Origin: a virus
IMG/VR virus record: IMGVR_UViG_3300008450_000020
Span: 1-64,000 of that record
DNA length: 64,000 bases
Strand: one strand, 5' to 3'
Below, in pieces: positions 58,501-64,000 of this stretch (position 1 is its first letter; the number at the start of each line of letters is the position of its first letter). Position numbers and translations under genes: made by a program. The notes under the pieces were generated by a model, which was given only the letters and a program-made list of their open reading frames with translations, was not told the DNA's origin and made no database searches.

Positions 58501-60376
58501 TGAAACTTTGTTCAAGAATAATCCTTATTCAATGATTCATGGTTATGTGCCGGATATTCTAAATCCTAATACAACACACGCAGAAGCGATTGTAGGTAGC
58601 CCACAAGCACAGATGCTACGTGACATGGGTTACGAACAGAAAGATATGGTAGGTGCTGATAAAACAGATCCTGAACAAGCCAAGAAAGCTATGTTTGTAT
58701 TGCGCGATGGTGCTCCATTACCATGGGTTACTACATCAACAGATCTTGCTGATAACCATAGTAAAGGACATACATTATTCAATGGTTTCACAAACACAAA
58801 TCATTCTATAGGTATGAATAATGCCGCTGAGTTAGCACGTATTAACAAACTTAAAGAAAGAGATATTGTATTGATGCATCAAGGCATCTTTGTTAATAAG
58901 AAGCCAGATGAATCTTTTATGGTTCCAATCGTTAATTCCAAAGGTCAATTTGCTGACTGGAGATATGTGATGAACGATAAAACACGTAATGATGTTTTAG
59001 AACGTGATAATCGTATGGAAGAAATATTAGGTGTAATGGCTGCTGAATTGTTTAGTAAGGTAAATGTCAAAGGACAAAACACTAATGTAGTTAACGCACT
59101 CAAAGAAGATTACGATAATTACTTTACCAAGATTCCATCATCATTCTTACGTATTTCTGCTACAAGTTCTGATCCAGAATTGAGAGAAATTTGGGCATTG
59201 CTTCCTGATGCTATGAAGCAAGATGCTATAAAGACTTTTGGTGGTAGAGAGTTAATGATTCGTAATGAATTACTTACTCCTATATTTGGATACCGTAAGA
59301 AGTCATTGAGTACTTTATTCAATAAAGAACAAAAGAAAGCACATGAATTAGCAATCACAATTACTGTTGAAAAGATCTTGTATTTGTATGCTCGCACTAA
59401 GTTGGGTAAATCTATGCTTGCTGCAGAAGAGTACACAAAACAAGCTGCAATTAAAGTCCGTAGAGCAGAAAATATCTGGAAGACTTTAGTTGATATTACC
59501 AAGGATATTATTGTTATTCGTACTGGTTTTGTTTTGTTAGATAACGTGAAGAGTAATATTTCTCAATTGATGATTAAAGGAATTCCTGTATCTAGTATTG
59601 CTAAATACCATCATGTTGCTTCTGTTAGTTTACGTAATTGGGAAGAAGACACAGAGCGATTGAATTTGTTAAAAACAAATTTAGCTGCTGGGTACACTCA
59701 GGGTAAGAACGCTGAAATGCAGAGAGAGATAATTAAATTAGAGAATTCACTTGCTCGTAATCCAATTAAAGATTTGATCGATGGGGGCTTGATGCCAGCT
59801 ATCGTTGAAGATGTAGGATTGGAAGAAGACAAGTATTCTCAGAAAACTCTGTTTGCTAAGAAGGCAGAGCCTTATGTCAGTAAAGTTCCTGTAGGTATTC
59901 GTAATGCTGTAAAGGTAGTTACGATGTCTCGCGGTACTACAATACATAATGCAATGACTACTGCTACTCGATATTCTGATTTCTTGGCTCGATACACTAT
60001 GTATCAAGAGTTGGTAAGTCGTAAGACAAATCCAATGACCAAGGAAGAAGCGATTCAAGAAGCTAGTGAATCTTTTGTGAACTATGACTTACCTATGCCG
60101 GCATATTTGCAGTATACAGACGATATGGGGATCACAATGTTTACTAAATATTTCTTACAGATTCAAAGGGTGTTGTTTAAGATGAGTAAAGAAAACCCAG
60201 GTAGAGTTTTACTGGCTTATTCTTTAGGAGAGTATTTCAATTCTTCTGGAGTAGTTACTCAAGCATCAGTATTCAATCACATGTTTAATAATCCGTTTAA
60301 CACTGGGCCATTACAATTACCTGGTGCTGTGGATGAGATTGCTACTGTAGCTGCTGCAACTTCAATAGTTAAATAA
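49589..60376 (+). CDS. Virion-encapsidated RNA polymerase (N4 gp50-like), 3595 aa
   Basis: Size; no Cys seen by eye; motif A SDAKNSGP, motif B RNYAKTPTTGFNFG, motif C VHDE; C-terminal FVNYD...GITMFTKY. Confidence 0.95.
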   Translation: MDISRLGQLMTLQDSFNKTQREKTRGKLGQLDEASATKLAALQYTIDKNNEEVSAYKNTWAAGVQGALGLEQKRSGALYQAINLPATALYALSDKGIGNAVTSTMQSGDVISPAERDAYNRELAGKATPEDTALLNSSDKIALGGMIDHVTKMPIHQPISGTVRDKIKIDLGVKESSKKVTDFFDIKSIRDTADQEAFRAGITENFDLGWDKVKKGFSQDSKASTWEKTKDIFSGLDQIVSDVGSSAANNKMGIVSYAAENLHNLFLPAGINVASNAGYANREYRDAYLDKLKTTGQLPNASEQAGMVGNAALAFGVEYMGDHVLRKLSGLGGKKIINSIDEIVPATAIQKALRVTGATTGSMASEAGTEGYQTYLEEKIKGKEASAKQIFEGAVIGAFSSGGMTAPTSIASNFLGKSPEQQLEDQFKANKAMDIETAVQAKDVSAFIDPASPKYAPDTAMVALSALVQSADITPEEKASFVEQSNAIAQQIEDQKVEVGAKLSGVGMTPEQVQEAEANIQDYTAALATIPETETQLIQDINNQIQVETLKLEAASYSQEQIDSLNTEAKALSRISEEVSSAKAQISSIAAPIDTEINVDEAISNISTEPANVSKVINLSMASREALSDMQVSQLEQLANDTTSPMTEGERTYFKVMATTRALENSLKTANQVSEEVLYGSKPKAKTYFKGTTQYREEIANALKTGSPELATKLIGSLETFAKDHAEKARVYAKAMSRGQEQGANVSITRYNGNWKIVPNGYKLEGKQKAEALVAASPKFQEKIAQESNLINSTLGEMKALVGAYSNPGSVSVAPVTETASVVPTQSIEQTPLTGNTEVIPEVLFQDQLAQQEQQDVQPTLEGIQNESQAIEAKQTEAQGQESKQTTEGSNVNPSSEISLATQDNPSEAIQDGSNIQEPSVSEGVSTGTPTEAPNEATETSLPTDGKLSYLVPESSLGALGVSQSQGNKAGSVRPLVVVKDFLSKWLGGEIDPAQYLTEGASQNITEAQQNTLNSVRTLLPNWVSAVVDNFRYNEKAKNNFDDYTQFFIDESGVSEENFATAIAFAAYSFVNMQANRPLVNKRETVIELFKGEIGVLTPKGEKLLNTLTNTKAEAIDAIGSLAYRALGLKITEDTPSNVEPMIKSALGVHGLLLLERKGIVERINLKRKTIESAFDRSVLSARVPTDKQVYDKESVVEFVRMVSVLDDKKQKTITSIAKSIKDNNVESRDIVNRLFGAEKLGAVASTKPYKYTQVTAKRRTLGIPNSQRKVIEANHQIGRYVNPTMLEAINVFGKEAILRMAGFKDIVIDRVQAMARDSVIAQNENLELQLSRFMAAKDLAFNPNAESDQDTYSNPLYVAQEVLGNQRAGYSTLDLNQQTSKIARASLYHKEWESTVDMNDMDQFFIAVANGIGIKIDNQNNAKTIVILKEKLTKDRQLASTVTLLRQGFFEGKPVFDQTGNVETVVQQVAKEGIMSLPYLLALAQYGYAKQTGQTSFKVNFPVGSDAKNSGPALTNFFLGAADYDRLNKTGFYSTEQGQADHFSQYREQPDSMDLYEDLFSKVISTMWGMAYSAKHPWFNKADLQNMLVITGEFKDRKTGKVTSKGRNYAKTPTTGFNFGSSVQKAVQGMYEYFLEDISKTIEDIVKGDNKDVSLKNYLAALNKAIVFGNNNPLAEYKASLLDLNMDEDAALDLVLTDDQLAALQYAFIQMIGNPATSAMYAYYKTFLGRRNKLSATINSTFVIYDEARKALHVAKLKELVDAGTIPKKTYLNKAGEIVVTEEPMFDLSANQMKEIDNTLKDLFPAVHSYMSALENNPDAKVSLVKNDKAREKSSPYKAKVQTKYTLTNAQYKDSKQLITDSYVPSLQAPGAGGTPYIIHSSESSIMHFALAQVDGALGVHDEGNSGLKDAVKMSQSLNQGAADVLLKYSPLGQTEALLNNSLFNFAKLIHEGKIPKETADAVNKGLAEIAQRLNKDAPITSGFSAMTQVTFNNTWDGEYQRLSVLKELKSVDHYPLEGGQYEVPQANRDYAKAKIDQLKKRTKLSGRTKEVNRYLNDLTKESQKTLVTTEQLKTKMWEIIRAFKSGEVTQQEYEIAREALINQNSGFENVLNEDMAQGIKDLNDFINQDVELARAVAIAFNQEEISGKLSIPTKEDTGTSPVKQDQELVDFLEANKETTTTEVKAKLKEILSKKKGNEFLLALLDKLTANVKVIYAEPGTPVLENPLVPSRGWFITKHNQEAIYITSADQKHSGITAEVLVHEMLHANLAYLIQTTKAQQIKNPNYTSLTLDLIKDLEALFEQAKQQETFEVFANEVNSLDEFISYGLTNQEFIDAVMSNVTFESTQKDNALVKQTLVQKFIDTLVKIFFRKSDATANAGMTTLITNVSGLLQIVADVNEESAEDINLSMAAKQRRKIYNYTTLDIFSALENFGNTKVSSAFQVRMNNVLSSIVGKVLTPSGSLGESLMKNQPIGPVNVWMRALNTGKAALAYEAHKATFPVSHQELFVMEQVEAAFEEASKVQANDGSIVMRELEYVYNRAEGLLKVEDFLEDQVNPTAQDKARAREYYDFLFKLTPDANGVSHHLSRFAAAVLGNEKINSVLDIRGDLQDQDTYGLTFAEKIQRLFERALSMFTGLITKSKRDDPLNVRVEALVSRLVDIEAKRKSSLLHQNKIEATLGIPDDLAQKGAMGIKEALNKLSKTSMITNSKFAAIRASGQFAELLANDRVKNAVDGLTVIRDQLVDGKHGFIMQLVDTVKGPANWAQALLRHNKHLQNLKVTMKNQTAKNVLSSFVNEGKDLTDNDKATITQVFLRTGAHHLFDKFGISGIYELLTDSTKLNNEISALETLLNQFDLPGTKYKTSEYYKMQASSLASYKLTGVNTLSGGLLLNAHNIAFKAGSPIQGVTTAQADQAIPMLESLITLYGLRMSTEKADAARILKTEMDRNGLNGVEVVLLYHKKFDKDSRETLFKNNPYSMIHGYVPDILNPNTTHAEAIVGSPQAQMLRDMGYEQKDMVGADKTDPEQAKKAMFVLRDGAPLPWVTTSTDLADNHSKGHTLFNGFTNTNHSIGMNNAAELARINKLKERDIVLMHQGIFVNKKPDESFMVPIVNSKGQFADWRYVMNDKTRNDVLERDNRMEEILGVMAAELFSKVNVKGQNTNVVNALKEDYDNYFTKIPSSFLRISATSSDPELREIWALLPDAMKQDAIKTFGGRELMIRNELLTPIFGYRKKSLSTLFNKEQKKAHELAITITVEKILYLYARTKLGKSMLAAEEYTKQAAIKVRRAENIWKTLVDITKDIIVIRTGFVLLDNVKSNISQLMIKGIPVSSIAKYHHVASVSLRNWEEDTERLNLLKTNLAAGYTQGKNAEMQREIIKLENSLARNPIKDLIDGGLMPAIVEDVGLEEDKYSQKTLFAKKAEPYVSKVPVGIRNAVKVVTMSRGTTIHNAMTTATRYSDFLARYTMYQELVSRKTNPMTKEEAIQEASESFVNYDLPMPAYLQYTDDMGITMFTKYFLQIQRVLFKMSKENPGRVLLAYSLGEYFNSSGVVTQASVFNHMFNNPFNTGPLQLPGAVDEIATVAAATSIVK

Positions 60377-60379
60377 AAG

Positions 60380-60414
60380 AAAAAAGGCTTACTCGGTAAT
60401 CTGAGTAAGCCTTT
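60380..60414. terminator. Terminator between convergent blocks
   Basis: AAAGGCTTACTC(G)G-taat-C(T)GAGTAAGCCTTT. Confidence 0.8.
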
Positions 60415-60422
60415 AATCAACA

Positions 60423-60602
60423 TCAGTGTCGACTTTCTATTGCTTCTTTAATGAGACAAGCAACTAGCCACACTACAAAAGCTACTATTGCAAGTCCCGC
60501 TAAAATCATTCCAATAGATGCAATGAACATCATTGCACCGACAATGAATGTGATTACTAAAATCGCAGCTATTGTATAGCCAATGTTTTTTAGTAACCCC
60601 AT
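60423..60602 (-). CDS. Small membrane protein (59 aa)
   Basis: MGLLKNIGYTIAAILVITFIVGAMMFIASIGMILAGLAIVAFVVWLVACLIKEAIESRH. Confidence 0.55.
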   Translation of the reverse strand: MGLLKNIGYTIAAILVITFIVGAMMFIASIGMILAGLAIVAFVVWLVACLIKEAIESRH

Positions 60603-60607
60603 AATGA

Positions 60608-60934
60608 TTAAGAGAACAAGCTAGGAGTGCTTGGGGCTGTAGTACTGTAGCCTGGATCTGTTTCAGGTTCAGGTTCAGCTACTGCAGGTGTTTCAGTGAC
60701 CAAAGGCAATTCCGCTTGGACTGCTTGAACAACTGGAGTAGCTTCTACTACAGTCTTTTGGGCAAAATCTTCAATTGAAATATCTGCAGTCAATCCACCG
60801 TTTTTACGTCCTGCTGTAAAATCGATTTTTACTTCTTTCCCTACCAAGCTAATTCCTTGGTTTGAGATGAAAGAACGGATTGCTGATTCAATCTCAGCTT
60901 GTTTGATTTGTACTTGCATGGTATTACCTTTCAA
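60608..60934 (-). CDS. Conserved N4-like hypothetical protein
   Basis: I.QAEIE.AI...I.FTAGRK..GL.A.I motif, ends SLFS. Confidence 0.7.
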   Translation of the reverse strand: MKGNTMQVQIKQAEIESAIRSFISNQGISLVGKEVKIDFTAGRKNGGLTADISIEDFAQKTVVEATPVVQAVQAELPLVTETPAVAEPEPETDPGYSTTAPSTPSLFS

Positions 60935-61524
60935 TTTAAAAGAGACAGCAATTGTTTAAAAGCATTTGTTTCTAAACCGGCATATATTGCAGCAGTTGCA
61001 TCAGCTTGATGTTCTACTTTCCCGTCAACTGGGATAAGTACACCACCACGTTTTTGCATAGTCCAAGGAGCTTCAGGATGTTTCTCTATTGCCCATTTGA
61101 TCATCTGTGCTTTAGTAGCTGTTTTAGAGCCTACAGACGCTTTTTTAACTTCGATAGGGGTAACTTCAAAGAATGGAATTCCAGTAGCTCTGAGTGCTCC
61201 TAAAATCCCTACACAGATCCCATACGAAGCCATGGCTCTTGCCGATTGACTTCCTACAGGAACTTCAACAAATATTGCCTGTGCATCTTTGGAGAACTTA
61301 AATACATCTTCTGCTAATTGCTTTGCACATTCTAAATCGTTACTGTTATTTCTAACTTGTTTGCCTTCTAATTCTGAAGGACAAATAGTACCGACTTCTT
61401 GAATGACAAGTTTATCAATAGAAGGTGTATAGACTCCTTTGCTCATACCCCAATTGCGCAAAGAAGGATCAAATCCAACTACTCGGATTTGTTTAGGCTG
61501 GGTCGTTAGAAACGGATTTGACAT
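60931..61524 (-). CDS. RuvC-like Holliday junction resolvase
   Basis: VGFDPSLRNWG, FVEVP, KAQMI, EHQADA. Confidence 0.85.
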   Translation of the reverse strand: MSNPFLTTQPKQIRVVGFDPSLRNWGMSKGVYTPSIDKLVIQEVGTICPSELEGKQVRNNSNDLECAKQLAEDVFKFSKDAQAIFVEVPVGSQSARAMASYGICVGILGALRATGIPFFEVTPIEVKKASVGSKTATKAQMIKWAIEKHPEAPWTMQKRGGVLIPVDGKVEHQADATAAIYAGLETNAFKQLLSLLN

Positions 61525-61909
61525 CTTCTGCCTCCACCGTTACTGGCAACTCTTCTGGAAACTTTGAAGGTTCAAAACCAGTAGAGAAAGGTAATTTACC
61601 AATCTCAGTAATTGCGATTGCTAAACCAAATTGGAAACCTTTTTTAAGATCTCCTTCCATTACGTAATCTTCAGTTGCTTGTCCATCATCTGAGATTACT
61701 TTCATGGATACCCCATCTGGGATAGTGCTTAAATGGTTAAGCAGATCAACTTTATCTTTCAACCAAACTGCCATTAAATCCGCTAATTGTGCTGGATCAG
61801 TTACTTCTACATAACCAGTTTCAGGAGAAATTTCTGAAACTATATCTTGTGTAGTAACTTCAACAGCAGCCATTAATGGAGAAGTCAGTTCTGTTTTATT
61901 ATTTTCCAT
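61493..61909 (-). CDS. Hypothetical protein
   Basis: Acidic; GF..GL.......LPF motif. Confidence 0.65.
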   Translation of the reverse strand: MENNKTELTSPLMAAVEVTTQDIVSEISPETGYVEVTDPAQLADLMAVWLKDKVDLLNHLSTIPDGVSMKVISDDGQATEDYVMEGDLKKGFQFGLAIAITEIGKLPFSTGFEPSKFPEELPVTVEAEDVKSVSNDPA

Positions 61910-61922
61910 ATTTACTTTCGGT

Positions 61923-61958
61923 AAAAAAATAAGGATACCTCCTTGTGAGAGGTATCCT
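61923..61958 (-). terminator. Terminator after SSB
   Basis: AGGATACCTC...GAGGTATCCT with A7. Confidence 0.75.
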
Positions 61959-61972
61959 ATGAGTGGAACTAA

Positions 61973-62713
61973 TTAAGAGAAGAGACTTTGTTTTGGTTTT
62001 GCCATACCACTTGCAGGAGATGGAGCACCAGCAACACCATTACCTTTTGGAGCTTTGCCAGATTTGTCTTTAGTTTTACCTGTCCACTTGTCTGACCAAG
62101 TTTTGTGAAATTCAGCATCAGTTGCTTTTGCACGAATCTCAGCAGTAGTCATGTTATCTGAAGCGCGGAAGAACTTTTCAATCTCATTAACTTCACGAGT
62201 TTCGCCGGTAGCTTCATAAACATTTGTTGCTTCATTTTTCTTGGTTTTGTCTTCAATCTGCTTGATGAGAGCAAATGTGATTTCTTTACCAAGCAATTCA
62301 ACAAGAACCATTGTTTTGGTAGGAACTTCTGCTTTAGCTGCGGAAGAGTAAATATTGATTACTTTCTCTTCTTCTTCTACATCAGAAATTTCTTTACCAA
62401 CAGTAAGCAAGGCTAAACTGTTTGCCATAACAAAGCCAGGTAAGTATTGCTTATTACCGTCTTTGTCCAAGAAGAAATTATTTCCTCCTTTTGCTGTACC
62501 GCCCGTCATCCAGAATGTTTGACGAACTTCTTTGTCATCAGAAGTTTTCAAATCCAATACCAAACCAAGAGCACCAGATGTTGCTTTGTTCAAGTAAGCC
62601 ATTTCGATCTTACCTGTATAAACACCAGATTCCAATGCTGCACGGCTTGAGCCAATGGAATCTTTTTCATCTGCGATACTGGTATCTGTTTTTAGGTTTT
62701 TTAATAGTGACAT
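61973..62713 (-). CDS. Single-stranded DNA-binding protein (N4 gp45-like)
   Basis: LESGVY...YLPGF...NEIEKFF; C-terminal KPKQSLFS tail of the kind used by N4SSB to activate host RNAP. Confidence 0.85.
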   Translation of the reverse strand: MSLLKNLKTDTSIADEKDSIGSSRAALESGVYTGKIEMAYLNKATSGALGLVLDLKTSDDKEVRQTFWMTGGTAKGGNNFFLDKDGNKQYLPGFVMANSLALLTVGKEISDVEEEEKVINIYSSAAKAEVPTKTMVLVELLGKEITFALIKQIEDKTKKNEATNVYEATGETREVNEIEKFFRASDNMTTAEIRAKATDAEFHKTWSDKWTGKTKDKSGKAPKGNGVAGAPSPASGMAKPKQSLFS

Positions 62714-62753
62714 GTTTCTCTTTCAGTTGTTGTTTGGGATTTAGATTATAAGA

Positions 62754-63494
62754 CTAATTGTAGTACTCAACCAGCCTATCCAGTACGTTCTGCATATTAT
62801 TATCAATGAAGGTTTCCTTCGTATCAAATATACCCAGTGGACCTCGTAAACGCTCGTTTACAGTGTCCTTTGTGTTCTTGGTTTGGAATACATATTTAAA
62901 ACCAAGAGCTTCCTCTTCAGGAGTAATGTTCAGTAAAGCAGAACCGTATTCCTTCAAGGTTTTTAATGGTACTTTTTTAGAAGCCAGTACTAATGAAAAA
63001 TAAGCTTCAACACCATTATTCTTCAATGCGCCTTTGATAGGTACTTTAGTTTCAACTATCATTTCAGACTCATTATGTGAATCCAATGTATGTGCAATAA
63101 AGATCACATTCTTGGTAGAACGTGCTGAATACTGTTGCAACAGATTCTTGAAGTATTGTGCAAAGTCTGCCCAAGCTTGCATACCGTTTGCTGATTTATT
63201 TACATAAACCGATTCAAACATATCCATCAAGAAAGTTAAACTATCTACGATGATTGTATGTATTCCTTCTTGGGTTTCTGCATGATCAAATGCTTCAAAA
63301 ACCTGATATGGATCAGTGATAACAAATTCCTTAAACTTGCTCCGGAAGGGAAGCTTCTTCCCTGCCTCACAATTCAAGTACATTACCCCTTCTGGGTTTT
63401 TGATCCCCATCAATGATGCTGATTTACCTGTAGAGGATTTCCCCACAAGTAAAACCATATTGTCATTGATAGGTGTAGGTGCTGCTGTTGCCAT
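62754..63494 (-). CDS. AAA_24/Sak4-like ATPase (N4 gp44-like)
   Basis: GKSSTGKS, IVDSLT, FIAH, ERLRGPLG. Confidence 0.85.
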   Translation of the reverse strand: MATAAPTPINDNMVLLVGKSSTGKSASLMGIKNPEGVMYLNCEAGKKLPFRSKFKEFVITDPYQVFEAFDHAETQEGIHTIIVDSLTFLMDMFESVYVNKSANGMQAWADFAQYFKNLLQQYSARSTKNVIFIAHTLDSHNESEMIVETKVPIKGALKNNGVEAYFSLVLASKKVPLKTLKEYGSALLNITPEEEALGFKYVFQTKNTKDTVNERLRGPLGIFDTKETFIDNNMQNVLDRLVEYYN

Positions 63495-63514
63495 TGGATT
63501 CTCCAAAAGAAATG

Positions 63515-64000
63515 TTAATGTTTACTGGCTAAAGATTTCATTACGGATACCATAATGGTACTCATAATTTCTGCTTCATCCAGCTTATCTGGAATTTTAT
63601 CGTTAAGATCAATTACTCTGGATCGGATGTTTTCAAAATCGAATCCACCGTCTAACAGAATCATTGCATAACGTAAGAGCATGTTGTTTCTATTCCCGTC
63701 ACCAATGTTAGTGATGACCCAACGCTCAAGTTTGTCCAGTGACTGTTGAGAGTCAATAGCTTGTTTACGTTCTTCATTTTTACTGGTTTTAGGAATGAAA
63801 GGTAATGCGTCCAATAACTCACCATCGTTGTATTCATAGTGACCTTCACAGGTTAGCCATTTACGAGCACGTTGGTTCACTGCAGTGTCTACATCAAATG
63901 GAAGCCACTCACAAATGTTATTCATAAACTCTTTGTAGTCTTTTGCATCCATTGCTAATTCATAATTCAATGGAAGGATTAGACGGAATCTATGCTCTTC
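63515..64000 (-). CDS. DNA primase (N4 gp43-like), C-terminal part; runs off the window
   Basis: Frame open to 64000 (EEHRFRLILP); PriCT-like GNRNNMLLRYA. Confidence 0.85.
   Translation of the reverse strand, partial: EEHRFRLILPLNYELAMDAKDYKEFMNNICEWLPFDVDTAVNQRARKWLTCEGHYEYNDGELLDALPFIPKTSKNEERKQAIDSQQSLDKLERWVITNIGDGNRNNMLLRYAMILLDGGFDFENIRSRVIDLNDKIPDKLDEAEIMSTIMVSVMKSLASKH

Larger units (their letters stand above)
1..64000. other. N4-like lytic bacteriophage genome (Schitoviridae), circularly permuted, partial
   Basis: Giant virion RNAP, two-subunit T7-like RNAP II, N4-type terminase/portal/MCP order and N4-type hairpin promoters. No host genes or integrase seen. Confidence 0.97.

Noticed and set aside
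49589-60376. Apparent absence of cysteine in a 3595-aa protein
   Set aside because: Established property of N4-type vRNAPs; used as supporting evidence, not as a novelty.
1-64000. Alternative genetic code or stop-codon reassignment
   Set aside because: Core genes are full length in the standard code, and the small array genes have their own RBSs, differing frames and terminal motifs, so they are not fragments of one gene.

Overview
The window is most of the genome of a lytic N4-like podophage (Schitoviridae), about 35-38% GC by eye, in a circularly permuted assembly. Left to right: (1) 1-4.8 kb (+): end of a tail fibre gene, fibre accessory genes, a lysis cassette (holin candidates, SAR-type lysozyme, nested spanins) and a TraR/DksA-like protein. 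(2) 4.8-33.7 kb (-): early and middle genes read leftwards from four N4-type GCGAAGC hairpin promoters, including a gp2/Drc-like cofactor, a macrodomain protein, the two RNAP II subunits, a ClpX-like ATPase, a MoxR-like AAA/vWA-metallopeptidase pair, helicase, family A DNA polymerase, one tRNA(CAT) and a vWA protein. (3) About 32.6-34.1 kb: a largely non-coding region that probably holds the genome ends. (4) 34.1-60.4 kb (+): terminase, portal, major capsid protein, structural and ejection proteins and a 3595-aa virion RNA polymerase. (5) 60.4-64 kb (-): resolvase, SSB, AAA protein and primase C-terminus. The most striking unexplained structure is a tandem array of 11 small, highly divergent ORFs between the two RNAP II subunit genes, plus a 12th copy about 18 kb away. 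All end in a related motif, roughly W-x7-[ILV]-P-x2-[IV]-K-A-x2-[ST]-L-[LI], which suggests an expanded family with variable N-domains and a constant C-terminal docking tag. Other notable items are a ClpX-like protein missing its IGF loop and aromatic pore residue, a Tyr-to-Phe change in vRNAP motif B, and a roughly 90-aa insertion in the major capsid protein. All family assignments come from motif recognition and gene order. No database searches were run.
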